NCBI GenBank assembly: GCA_905178155.1
Contig: CAJINV010000010.1
Location: forward strand, 3,058,587 to 3,122,586
Source of the DNA: Amoebophrya sp. A120
Taxonomy: Eukaryota > Protista > Dinoflagellata
Length of the DNA stretch: 64,000 bases
Direction of reading: 5' to 3'
Of this stretch, positions 12,736-24,688 are shown one piece after another. Both the position numbers and the translations under genes were made by a program. Each line of letters begins with the position of its first letter. The first letter of the stretch is position 1. A model generated the notes under the pieces. It had not been told where the DNA came from and did not search any database. It saw nothing but the letters and a program-made list of their open reading frames with translations.

Positions 12736-13302
12736 CTACACGTACATTTTATTTTGAGATTTTTTATCTGAATCTGAAACAAAAGCGTGTTTGAATTCGC
12801 CGGACATTTTAGGATCCTTCTTGTCGCACTCGTCGACAACGGTTTGGCACCAAGCAGGCACGTGTTCTGGCTCGCTGTACTGCCATTCATCAGTTTTCTC
12901 AGCATCACATGCCACATCACTGCAGACTTTCGTCATCGTGCCGCTCAGCTGATAGCTACATAGTTTGAAACCACAACCGGGTGAACCAAGAGGAGTAGAG
13001 CAGCCGGATTTCTCCAGCTTGTAATTATAGCAGTTCCTGATGAAGGCCCCCGTTGCTTCGTCCGTTACGGGCAGTTGTCCCTCGTGCAGCTGAGAGTTTA
13101 GCCTGCTTGTGGTCGCTTTCTGGTGCTCGTGGTCGACCAGCAGCTGCACGAGCGACCCGGACCATTCGTTCCCGGCCCAAATGTGGGTGGTCGGCGGGGG
13201 TTCGACCGAGGGCCGACGGCGGTTCGACGGAGGTTGTTCGACGACCGCGGCCATTTTGCTGGCCGCGAGGAGCTTCAGGGCGATGGTGGACGATTTCGGC
13301 AT
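12736..13302 (-). CDS. Small intronless Cys-rich protein, possibly secreted; paralog of 17110-17559
   Basis: ATG at 13302 (MPKSSTIALKLLAAS...), THIWAGNE motif, spaced cysteines in C-terminal half. Confidence 0.6.
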   Translation of the reverse strand: MPKSSTIALKLLAASKMAAVVEQPPSNRRRPSVEPPPTTHIWAGNEWSGSLVQLLVDHEHQKATTSRLNSQLHEGQLPVTDEATGAFIRNCYNYKLEKSGCSTPLGSPGCGFKLCSYQLSGTMTKVCSDVACDAEKTDEWQYSEPEHVPAWCQTVVDECDKKDPKMSGEFKHAFVSDSDKKSQNKMYV

Positions 13303-14345
13303 GTTTTTTGCGTCCGTTTTTTCTGTAACGTCGTGTAAAATCACAAACACCAAATAACTCAAAAACTGTCTGAGGATGTTGACGATGAGAGAGAGAGAGA
13401 GAGTGAAAAAGCAGAAGCAACAGCTGTTAGGCTTGTTGGTGAGTTTGATTGGGGCGTAGTTTTTTCGCAAACACCTGCAAGAAAAAAAGCTTTTCCTGGA
13501 ATTGTCGGTGGTCTTGCGTGTAAAATTAAACCAAGAACTCACGCGAATAAAATTTAGATTTCACCCGCATCCTCCGCACCCGCAGCATCTTAAAAATAAA
13601 AACGAGTTAAAGGAAGCCCCGCCAATAAACAAGTCTTCGACCTAAACGCGTCGAACCACCGCGGCACGTACGAGTGAGGACTTTCTTTGATCATGTAGAC
13701 AAGGTGCCATTTGGTCGTGTCCTCCAGCGGCAACTTGCTGGGTGGAGAAGATAATCTGAGCGACTTGTGGTTGTTCAAACCAGGAAAGGCATGTTGAACG
13801 ACCGCGACGAGGACGACGACAATTACCGCTACATAGTTCTACTCTTGGCGGTGCTCCTGAACGAGGGAGGGACCACGAGGACTCTACGGAACGAATTCAT
13901 CAATTAGCAAAAGCAAACAAGATGAACGACCTATCTATCATGTGACGAGCAGACGAGAGCAGTTTGCGACTGCACGAGCACGACGATCGCACGAATTCAG
14001 ATTCAAAAGTACGTACTTCCTTGTGTCCTGGAAGACGAAGATCATCGACAACAGATATTTTAATCAATTCCGGCAGAGTTAGACTGGTTCATAAATCTCG
14101 TAGTTTGTGACGGTAGACGGATGCCACGAAAAATCAAAAATCCTCCTGGACGATGACGGATGCGGCCGTTAAGCCGTAGTTTATCTTTATGACAGTGGAC
14201 ACATGTTCGTGTTCCTGGACGGATGCGGAAAAAATAAAAAAAACCGTGGACTACAACGGCACCAGAATCGACCGACAGAAGAGCACTTTGCTTATGTTGA
14301 AAAATGAAATTTTGATTTAGGAAAACGAAAACCTCAGGTGGAACG

Positions 14346-15012
14346 AATGCAAAATACGCATGATCGCACTTACTCTTACTGGTATGACTTGCATGACAAC
14401 TACGTACAATTCCTCGAAGCACAAAAACAAAATTTGTAATGCTGATTCCAGCAAACTACAGCCTAGACCTGTCATGCAGCATTGCGAATTAGTACGAGCA
14501 CGATGCTTTATTTGCCCTCCATAAAGTTGTTTGTACCGCAGCTTCTCCTCCTCCCACTCCCTTTGCAGGTTATACTCCATTGCCATGGGATGCAGAAGCA
14601 GATCCGGCTGGCGGACCACTGGCTTGGTATAGAAGTTGTCGCTGGCAGTGTTGTATGCATTGCAAAAGTATCGCATCAGTATGAATCGCATGACAAATTT
14701 CCTCAGCATGAGAAATAAGATTTGTAATGCGGATTTCCCTTGATTACTAGATTTGTATTGCATGTTGACTGCGATTACTATGAGTACGATACTGTTGCAG
14801 TGCATATGTTGTCCCCGCCTGCCGGTCCTTCTCTACTCCTCGTTGCAAACGCGATTTTGGAAATTTTCTGTCCCTGGGTGGTGAATCTGAACAGGTGGAG
14901 CTTGTCCTCATTTTCGAATTTCGCAAGAAGTTTTTTCCGCAGCAGTTTCTGGGCGGTTATCGAAACAGTGGTGGACGAGGAACTGGAGGTGGTTGTGGTA
15001 GACGGTAGCTCA
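14346..15012 (-). pseudogene. Duplicated fragment of gene 1 (copy of ~5394-5903) carrying two introners
   Basis: Near-identical peptide SDNFYTKPVVRQPDLLLHPMAMEYNLQREWEEEKLRYKQLY and TTTTSSSSSTTVSITAQ.LLRKKLLAKFE; truncated both sides. Confidence 0.85.
14654..14806. mobile_element. Introner family B, present only in the duplicate copy
   Basis: DR TGTTG/TGTTG; paralogous site 5696-5700 has a single TGTTG and no insert. Confidence 0.92.
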
Positions 15013-15659
15013 TCTTCACTTAGGAAAACGAAAATGAAAACCTCAGGTGGAACAACGAGGTTGCTCCCCGTCGTCCCCTTGGTCGAGCATAATTTGCTCC
15101 ACCTCCCGGCGTTTTCCGTGCGACTCAACAGCACGAAGTTTGTTTCTCTTGCAGCACGATGGGTATTAAAGTAGTAGTTGTATGTTGGCGTCCAGCACCA
15201 CTAGCAGGATATGCGTCAATCTTCATACTACTCTTGTTGTCATAATACGCAGCGACACAGGATATGCATCGAGTTCGATATGCTGCAGTTGCGCAGGATA
15301 TGCCGTTTTGCGGTGGGAGTGTTGTTAAAAGCTACTTTTAGTGTCGAGTGAGGACGTAACAGAGGAGTTCGAGTTTCTAAATTGCAGGCAAGGCGGGGAG
15401 TCGTAAAAAATCAGGGTGGTCGTAGTGAAAGAAGTTGTGTGTAGTGCTAGAAGTTGTGTGCGCAAATAAATGAAAATGTGGAGGTCAGGTTCGTGGAGAT
15501 GAAACTGCTTTACTTGATACTGGTTTAGGTTTACTGTACTTCTGATTCTGAACGAGAACGGGTACTGCTAACTTCGGGTCTTGCTGGTGGAAAATAAGTG
15601 ATACTGCTACGCTAATGTTGGTTGTAATTGAAATTGCAAAATTTAAGTGGAATTAATAC

Positions 15660-16840
15660 AACAAAGAAAGATGAAGCTGCGCGCTTTACCAAGAAATGTC
15701 TAGAGGTGCCCGGGAGAGGACCACCGGCCCGACCTTTCCGTCAGTGGCTGATCATTTAGGAGTTGTGGCTGCTCGCGCGCATACTTACCGTTTCCTGCCA
15801 GTTGCATAACTTTTGGTCGTAAAAACTCTACGGCCGATAATTCGATACAAAAGCTTTAGGAGAAAAGTCAACGCGTGACTCAGATTTCGAGAAGCTTTTT
15901 GGCGCCATAGCGTGTCCAGGTCCACCTCACGGACGCGACCGAGAGTAGCAGAGGCTTCTTTACGGTAACGGTAAGTGCGTGTTGCTTTTGAAATTTTGTT
16001 ATAATATAATTCTTATAAAATTGTAAATGATAAATAAAAATAGGTTTAGTGCTTATGTTTTTGTGTTGTTTATTTTCTACTGAACAAGAACGGAAGACGC
16101 CCCCTCCTTCTTAGAAGTAATGCCTTGAACAAGAATAGGAACAATACTGCAGGATTTTGTATTTATAGTTTTATGTGGTTTATTGTAGATTTTTTTTGTT
16201 TTTTTGTATTTATTCTCCTCTACGCGACGTCTGAGCTGGCTGCGCAGTCGAGTTCTACCCATGTCTAAAACTAGCTGGGCACACAACCAAGACGCGAACG
16301 TCTACGGGTCGTGCGCGCCTTCAAGTCCAAACTATGGGCGAACGCGAACTACGTCGTGGAAGTGGACATGAAGCGTTTATTGCGACGTTCTTGATGAAGA
16401 CTGCTACGGGGACATTCCTCGAATAGGGACAAGATGGTGAACGGCAGAAGGTTGCTTTAACTTAAAATGATTACTGCTGCTGATGGTCGATGTCATAATA
16501 AAAATTCCTGTACATGTGCATGGAATTCTACATCAACAAAGATGAAGCTGCGCGCTTTACCAGGAAATGTCTACTTAGTAGTGTGCAGGAAATGACTGGT
16601 CAGACCTTTCCGTCAGTGGCTAGAAGTTGTAGTTGGCGCGCATACTTACTCCTGCTTTCTGTCAGTTGCATGTATTTGTATGTTCGTGATTGCAACAGTT
16701 CTTAAAAAACAAACTAACACGATGCAAGAGCTGTAGCAGAAGCGCCAGCGTGTGAATCAGATTACGAAAAGCTTTCTGGCGCCACAGCGTGCCCACCTCA
16801 CACGAACGATAGCAGAAGCTTTGTGTCGGTAAGTGCGTAC
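15660..16840 (+). repeat. Diverged direct repeat pair (~15660-15985 and ~16533-16840)
   Basis: Shared AAAGATGAAGCTGCGCGCTTTACCARGAAATGTCTA, GACCTTTCCGTCAGTGGCT, GCGCATACTTAC, CGGTAAGTGCGT. Confidence 0.8.
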
Positions 16841-17109
16841 TGTTGGAGAAGTATTTATTTGTTTATAGATGGTTATTGCTGTATGTTTTTGTCTTGTTGA
16901 AGTTGATCTTCTGAACAAGAGTAATTGTTTCTGTTTGTTTGTTGTTAATGGAAGTCGCGCCCTCATTGTGGTCGTCGTGAAGAACAAGAATATTTTTACA
17001 TTAGAACATAGTACCAGGTAGCTGTACAAGTACGTGAATGATCTGAATCCTAGCAATTGACAAGTTGGTCACTTCTGAACAAGTGCTCCTTCATAAATCA
17101 CGCTTCGCC

Positions 17110-17559
17110 TTAATCGCACACTTTACACAAGACGGCGTTTGTAACTGCACCTACATCTTTTGTCTGCATCTGGTTGCAGTCCTCTTTGCCGGAGGATCCC
17201 TGCGTCCGGCACAGGGCTTGGAGAGTGTACCAGTCGGTGAATTGAGAACCCTCCGAGAGAAGGTCTCCGCCCTCCCTGAAGAGCTTCCACGTCCCGGTCA
17301 TTTTCTCGTCAACCTCCTCGTCAGGAGTGTTGCACTTGTGCCCCGCCGGTTGGCACTGTTCCGCGTTCCAGCTCGAGCGACGCGACATCCCATTGGTCTG
17401 GTGCGAGATCACTTGCAACGCCGATGCCGGACTCGCCATCTCACTGCCGCTCCACACGTGCGTGGAGCCGCTTTTCTTCTTCGTCGCCGCGGACACCCCT
17501 CCCACATACAGGGAGGCAGCAACGCCGGCGACTTTGACGCACTTCTTCTTGAAAGCCAT
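17110..17559 (-). CDS. Small intronless Cys-rich protein, possibly secreted; paralog of 12736-13302
   Basis: MAFKKKCVKVAGVAASLYVGGVSA signal-like N-terminus, THVWSGSE motif, spaced cysteines. Confidence 0.6.
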   Translation of the reverse strand: MAFKKKCVKVAGVAASLYVGGVSAATKKKSGSTHVWSGSEMASPASALQVISHQTNGMSRRSSWNAEQCQPAGHKCNTPDEEVDEKMTGTWKLFREGGDLLSEGSQFTDWYTLQALCRTQGSSGKEDCNQMQTKDVGAVTNAVLCKVCD

Positions 17560-18921
17560 GATTTTGGTTGTCTTCTTGCAGGGATCGAAGCCGCACGAGT
17601 ACGTAGGTATGTACAACTTCTTTCTAGGTGTTCCTGCTGTTGTGAAACGACTTCTGCGAACAGAACTTCTGTAGGAGGCCTTTCGTCCGGAACCGGAACT
17701 AGTTCTAGTTGGTTTTCTTCTTCTATCCACGGAGGATGAAGATCGAAGCTGTTTCGTCTGAACGACAAGGAGAAAAAAAGGGGATCTGTTGATTTTTTGT
17801 AGTCAAAGAATTGGAATTCCGCCATATGATACGACAAAGTGGTACTTCTATTTCAACGGAGGCAACGCGTGGTCGTCAACGAGTAGAATACCTACAGTTA
17901 CACTGGTCGTTCTCCCTTTAAGCATGGTGATGTTGTTGATGACACGATATTATTATAGCGCCACCAACATCCTCACGAGAATATTACGGACCATCGTTGC
18001 GTATTTTTCCAGAACGACAGTGCTGTGGAGTACGACGAGGAGGAGGAGGTTGGGGTTTTTCTACGGTTCAACGAAATTCTACCATCGAGTTCATCCCCTT
18101 GGACTTTTTCCTTTTATAAAAGAACGACGCACACTGATGCTCTTGAGTACGACTACTAGGTAGGACGATGAAAAGGGGGCGCGCTTTACATTTGTAAGGC
18201 CCACCACGAAGGAGTGGACGTTACTCTGAATTTCAATTTTCTTGAAAGAGCATGTTAATGCTCTTCAAAGAGACGCGCAGCTGCAAGAACGAGTTGTACG
18301 ATAACGAGGAGCATGCGTTTGTTGCGGCATTTTGAGTGTCCACGACGACAAGGACATCACCGACGAGGACACCAACTACAACTCAACGAGGATGAGGAAG
18401 GAGGTGTTCTACGGAACGAATAGAAAACGTCGACGACCCATCTACCTTTTGAGACGCCCATGCGACTGCACGAGCACGGAATACGATTCAGATTCACATT
18501 CAGATTTAATTCAAGAAGCTCCTCTTCCTTTACGTTTTTAAGAGAAAGATTGATCACCAATAACAGATTCTGCCGGCAAAGGTTTAGACTGGTGATGAGG
18601 TCCGGGGTACGTCAGAACACTTTCTCTTTTTCTCGATCGTCGTGAAACCCCATTTTTTTTGTAGCAAAAGATGCTAACTTCTTTCGCTATTTTTCTTCAA
18701 CAAAAAAGCCTCAAGAAAACTTTTCAAAACCAAAAGCGCAAGACGACCAGATTGTCCTCGTTAGCTTCGTACTTGTTGCAGCACCAACATCATCTTCATC
18801 TTTAAAACAGAGCGTTGCGCTAATCGAAGCGGACAAAATTTCAATTGTTTCTTGCGTCAAAAGTAGAATTCAAAATCTTCAATCAAAAATAATCTTGAAG
18901 AGTTGAGTGGTGGTGTTCTAC

Positions 18922-21900
18922 TTACGACATCGCCAGCAGCGCATCGGGCGAAATCTCGATTTCCAACTCATCAGCGTTGAAAAACTCTTCCAAATCCAGC
19001 TCTTGTTCTAACTCATCCGGGTCGATGAAGACTTCTTCTGCTACTTCCTGATGGTGCACGGCAAAATTTAAATTTTTCCCATACTCGTCCGCGAATAACA
19101 TCATTTCCTCCTCATGATTTCGTCCATTCTTGCTCAACGCCTCCTGTTCCCGCCTTCGCACTTCCCGCTCCCACTCTTCTCGCTGCTGCGCCACCGCCGC
19201 TGGCCGGGAATCGACCAGTAACGCGGAGGAGTTCATGCGGTTGTTCTGCAGTTGGAAATTATTGTTCTGTTGATTCAGTTGATGTTGTGAAGTAGAAGAT
19301 GTAGATCCCGAGGACCCGCTGCCGCTTCCCATCACCTGTCGTGAAGATGTCAGCGGTTTCTGGCCCTTCACGACCGAAAAGCTGCTCTTTATCATGGACG
19401 CATCTTGCAGTACCGACTGCTCTTCCGCAAGCTCCAGTGCAACGATGCTCGGCGTGGTAGAAGTAGAAAACAAATATTCTCTAGAAGAAACCGTGGTCCT
19501 GCAACCGTCTGCTCGGGTGGAAGGTGGCACACCGCGGCCAGCAGCATTGTTCACCCCTCCGCCGCTCCCAGTAGTGTACCGGCTCGACCTCGGTCGCTCC
19601 GTCTGTGTGGCTCTTGCTGCATTCGGGTACAAGTTCGAACTGCTCCTGCTCCGGTTCGGCGTTTCCGGTCGGGTTTGGAGCTCCTGCTGCATGGTGGAGC
19701 CTCTCATGCTTGATTCTGGCCCGGCTCCACTCCCACTTCCTCCACGGGAGCCACGTGGTGTTTTGGACGAGGCAGCAGGAATGGTAGCTCCACTACCTCC
19801 CCCAGATGAAGCGGCAAGATTCGTGCCCTTGCCGTTCCCATGACGCGTACTTGAACTTGTGCCAGGTCTACTGCTCCCCGCCGTGGAAGGCCGGCGGCCG
19901 GCTGATGAGCTTGAAGCCGATCCAGGTCTTTGTGTTGTACTAGACGTAGAGGAGTGCATTGCAGTACTAGTAGACGACGTTTTATTTGCTTGCCCCCCAG
20001 CAGCACGTCGACCGTCGCCCTCAGCCGACCTTCTTCCTGTGGTCCTCGCTGCTCCCGGTGCAGAAGTACTAGTTCCCCCATCGTGGCTCATTTCCACGTC
20101 CCCAGTACTCGATGACTCTCCGCAGTTATGCACTGCAAAAGTATCTATCGCACTTTTTCGTAGATTTACATTAGCAATTTTTTTCAGAATTACAATTACC
20201 ACGAATGCAATTTGTAATGCTGATTTAGCTCAAGGAGGACATTTGTTATGCATGATTCTGAGTGCAATTACTAGGAGCGCGATGTTATTTTTGCAACTCA
20301 TACCCGTCTTCCACGACGACCAACTGTGACTGAATGTCGAACTTCGAGATCGTAGCCGCATTAGTGCCGTAATTGCTTCCTCCCCGACTTCTAGACGTCG
20401 GCGGGCCGGCGGGCGGGCAGATCAAACTGTTGTTCATCATCGACGCGGCGGTACTATTTCCGTTGAAATCGTTCAGTGAACTCCGTTTCTGCAGAAACAC
20501 GGCGTCGGGTCCGGTGGCTTTGCACCTCTTCACGTGCTTGACATAGGAGTCGTAGTTGAAAGACCTTAAACACCGCGGGCACTGGTTTTGGTTCGTCTTA
20601 CTCAACCCCTGGGTTTGCTCCACGGATATCAGTCTCTATCCTGTGCAAAAACTACGTCATGGTCAATACATTCCCCAGCACAGAGTCGTAGAGAGGGAAA
20701 ATGCAAATGTGCAACGCAAATAATGATGCATCTCATGGGGAATGCGCATTACAACGAATTTTCCTGTCGAGGATGCAAATCTGCAAGACAACGTCGTTGG
20801 GGTCACTACACCAGAACGTCTTGTTTATTACGCGGGATAGCTTCGGTAGCTTGGTCAACTTCCCTGCCGCTTTGATCTCGCGGATGCGGTTCTCCGCGGG
20901 GGTTCCTCGCAAAAAATGCGCGACGTGGTCGAACTTTGTGACTTTGGGCTTCCCCGCCTGGCACCGGGTCTCGTGCTTCGCGATCCGGTCAAAACGGAAC
21001 TTCCGGGCGCAGAATTTGCACTGCTCCAGGACAAACCCGGGCTCGAGGATGTGCGTCTATCAAATGCAAAAATGTCTGGGTCTGGAAGGATGCAAGGTTT
21101 GTCATGCACATTTTGCATGACTCCTGATGTCTGCGATGCATGCCCTAGTATCACAGATCTTGCGAGGGCTTTCTGATGCCTATACCGCATGAGAAATGCC
21201 CTCTCGCCATGGCCAAAACCAGACCTCTTTTGCTGTTCATGCACTACACATTTTTGGATAATGCAGACGCAGCATCACAAGTTGCATTCTTCCAGACCCA
21301 GACATTTTTACATTTGATAGCGTCACGGTCTCGTCGATTTGCTGGAGGATCTCCGTGCTCTCCTCGACTGTGTAGGCCTGGTGGAGAAGGAGGATTTGCT
21401 CCGTGGTGGTCGGCTTGTTGCTCACGAGCTGCTGCTGGAGGGCTGAGTGTATTTTTGTTGCGATTCATGTTGAAGATCAAGATGTATGTAAGCACACTAG
21501 GACCAAATCAAGTATGCAAAAGTAAAAGGCGGGTGGAAAAATATTTAGTTATTTTCACAATGATATTACCTTCCTTGCTCCCCACAGCTCCTCCAGCACT
21601 GCCCACGACCCCGGCTTCCGTCTGCGTCTCGAAAAAACCTAATCCCTGCTTCATGATTTCAATCGCGTTCTTCCACTTGCCCACGGCCGCATGAAACGCC
21701 TCGTTCTTCCGCTTCAGCCGACGGTACTTTTTCTCCTTATGCACTGCAAAATGGTCGCATTCATACAAGTTATCGCATTAATGCATGGCAAAGGCAAATC
21801 TCCTTCCCGTTCCCGAGGGAAATTAGCATGACAAACGAAATTTCTCATGCTGAGCTATTTAAATTTGTAATGCAATTTTCACTACAACTACGATACTTTT

Positions 21901-23429
21901 GCAATTCATACTCCTCCCCCCTTGGCAGTGTGGCGTTCGACACCACGGCTTTCAAACGTTCGACACACAGCGACCACGCCTTCTCGGATTCTGGCGGGGA
22001 GAGAGATTTGTTGGTGCAAATCTCGGAACGCAGCTGGTCAAACAGTTTCTGGAACTTCTGACGGCGGCTGAGAGTATTTGTAGTACTGCCTGTACTCGCA
22101 GCGTTCCTCGGACCGGAGGATGAGGATGACGAAGAACTACAGGCAGAAGTTCCTGCTACTGTAGCTTCACTGCTGGACGACTCTCCAGCACCGCCCTCCG
22201 AAGCCGTTGTACCAGTTATCGAAGATGAGCAAGACGTCGAACTGCCTTCCGCCTGCTGCCTTTCCAACTGCTCCCGGCACGCTTTCGTGTGCGGCAAAAT
22301 CGACTGCAAGCGAAACTTCTCGCCGCAAACACCGCAGGCAAACCGGCCCTGCTTGTCCGGTAACCCGAGTTCGCCCCGCTCTAACGCTTGTAGCGCGGAC
22401 CTGAGGTCGTTCATTTGCAACTTAGTTTTCTCCTTCTGCTGCTCCTTTATAATTGCGGCGTGGTCGGCGTGGTCACCTCCTCCACCGTGGTTTACGTTTA
22501 TTTGCGTAGAAGTTTCCGCCATCGCTTGTTTTGCGGCTTGTATTTTATTTGCGGAAGCCGAAGTACCGCTTGTTCCAGCTAAAGATCCATGGTTATTGGT
22601 AGTTGGCATGGTCGCGGAGAGTTTCATTTTTTCCCGCTGCATCTGCTTGACGCAGCGTTTCTGGTGCTCGGGCAAATATCGTAAGGAAAAATCCCCCCTC
22701 CCCATATTGAAAAGGTACATTTTTGGAAATTTGTGATGCTGATTTGTGGTCACAGATCGTGTCTGTCTTGCAAGGAGGCAATTCCGCAGGCTCCGCCGCA
22801 TTGCGCAGGCGGTTTGTCATGCTGTTGGGCCTACAGCGCGGATGTTTTTCATGCTAAGTGCCTAAGCCAAAACCTCGCTACTCACACTTGATATGGGCCT
22901 TCAGTGCTCTCCAGCAAGACAGCTCGGATTTGTGTACACAAATCCAGCATCAGAAATTTCGTTTTGATATGGGGAGGGGGGATTTTTCCTTTCGATAGCA
23001 AATCCTCCTTCGTTACCGGGCGACCGCAACAGCCGCAGGTCGTCAGTTGCCCGAGGAACTTCCGCGCGCAGTAGCGGAGGTGGTGCTTGATCTGGGCCTG
23101 GCCTATGGATTGTAAAAATGTCTGGATCTGGAAGATTGCAACTTGTCATGGTAAATCTGAATCATGCAGAAATCTGTGTTGCATGAGTGCCAAAGGGTGT
23201 CCACTCTCGACGAAGTAGTTTGGAGGGAGTTTCTCATGCAGGATAGGCATGGCAGAGACCTCACAGACTCTGTCATGCTAGGTCCCGCATTCCAGACCTC
23301 ACGAGTCATGGAAAACCCGCATGACAAGTTTACACTCTTCCAGACCCAGACACTTTTGCATTTGATATGGCCGTGCATGGTGCCACAGACCGGGCAACAC
23401 ACCGCGTCCTTGCCGTGCCAACGCATCAT
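18922..23429 (-). CDS. Multi-C2HC zinc-finger protein (ZC2HC1-like), 6 introners plus 1 GT-AG intron
   Basis: After splicing, five CxxC-x11-H-x3-C fingers: CPVCGTMHGQAQIKHHLRYC, CGCCGRPVTKEDLPEHQKRC, CGVCGEKFRLQSILPHTKAC, CQFCARKFRFDRIAKHETRC, CPRCLRSFNYDSYVKHVKRC. Confidence 0.8.
20127..20302. mobile_element. Introner family B, diverged
   Basis: TAT...ATA; DR GCAGT/CCCGT (eroded). Confidence 0.72.
20637..20839. mobile_element. Degenerate introner (TATCCTGTG.AAA..ACGTC type)
   Basis: TAT...ATA; DR eroded GTCTC/GCTTC; ends resemble 29099-29282. Confidence 0.65.
21058..21319. mobile_element. Introner family A
   Basis: DR GCGTC/GCGTC. Confidence 0.93.
21443..21569 (-). other. Canonical GT-AG spliceosomal intron
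   Basis: G|GTAATA...CACTCAG|CC, AT-rich, joins GSKE|ALQQQLVSNKP in frame. Confidence 0.75.
21738..21910. mobile_element. Introner family B
   Basis: DR CTCCT/CTCCT. Confidence 0.9.
22677..22997. mobile_element. Introner family G (TIR TATCGWAAGGAAAAATCCCCCCTCCCCATA)
   Basis: ~30-nt TIR, DR GCAAA/GCAAA; removal rebuilds zinc finger KEDL|PEHQKRC. Confidence 0.9.
23104..23367. mobile_element. Introner family A
   Basis: DR TGGCC/TGGCC; removal rebuilds first zinc finger. Confidence 0.93.
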
Positions 23430-24688
23430 CTTGAAAATAATAGTTGGGTCTAGCAAGATCTACCTTACATGTTGTGTGTGTCTAGGAAGTAGCAGTAGCA
23501 GTAACTCCTGCGGAGGCCGTGGCTGCTCTAGCAACAGCGCGACCAAGAACAAACAAAGGAAGAAAAAAACTAGAATTGTATCCTTAACGTTAATCAAATA
23601 ATGTAAATGATAAAATAAAACCCTAAAAGTAAAAAGTACCCCATAAGAAATGGGAAAGCAAAGATGCCGAGGTACAAATTTTAATCCGAGTACATTTTTC
23701 ATAGGACAATTTTCGGTTTGGTTGTTGCGCGTTTTGTCGACTGGAAGCTCTCTACTGTGCGCTAGAACTGGAGGCGCCTCTCTGCAGTACCTTCACCTTG
23801 GTGTTCAACTCGGCGGACAACTACACTCTCACTCGAACTGAGTACGAAGAAATTTTTGCCACTTTGCTGCTCATGTACATACTTATTCACTCGCTCCTCT
23901 GTGGTCTAGTAGATTTTCTCAGAAGATACACCCCCTTTTACTCATGCACATGCAGCTACCCATGTAATAATTCATCGTGGGTGCCACTCAGGGGGCTGGT
24001 GTTCCTCGTCCACAGGAGGTGGTACTGGTGGGCAGACGAACTAGGAAAAATAATCCTGATGCGCATGCGGCGCCGACCGAACGTGATAAGTAACCCAAGG
24101 GCAACAAGTTGTGCTAGTTCAGCTTCACCCGCACCTCCCCGCAGCTGATGTAGTACTACCCTGCTGGGTCCTAGTAGTGCGCGAAAGCAGGCACAGGCGT
24201 CGCGCAAGTACTACTTCATCTAGAGGCAGTTGTATATCATCTTCATCAGCAACTTGGTTACGACCACACCTAGTCTTTTACCACCAGTTTCTCGTTCTCA
24301 GTTCTCTTCGTCTTCGCCCGAGTTTTTACCGCCTTGTTTTCATCTCCTTTAGCAAGAAGACGAAATGTTTGTACTTCGGACGCGGCACTTATTTTGATGA
24401 TGGTCTACATTGACCACCTTGTCTTGTTTCATTTTGCACATCATTTGCTGCGTACAAAATAAATTTAGAAATCCTTTACTCAAGCAAGTATTTAAATCTT
24501 CGGGCGGTTTGCCTCGTGGCTAGAGCAGAGGTGGTGGTGAGAAGATGTGAAGGAAGTCGAAGTTCTAGTTCGAGGAATAGGAAACAAATTGGAGTTCTCG
24601 GCTGTTGTACTAGGATTGCAAGGAGGTAATTTGAAAACATGATTCTCAACATCGAAGAACAAGGGTTTCTTTCCTCGCCACCTCCACC

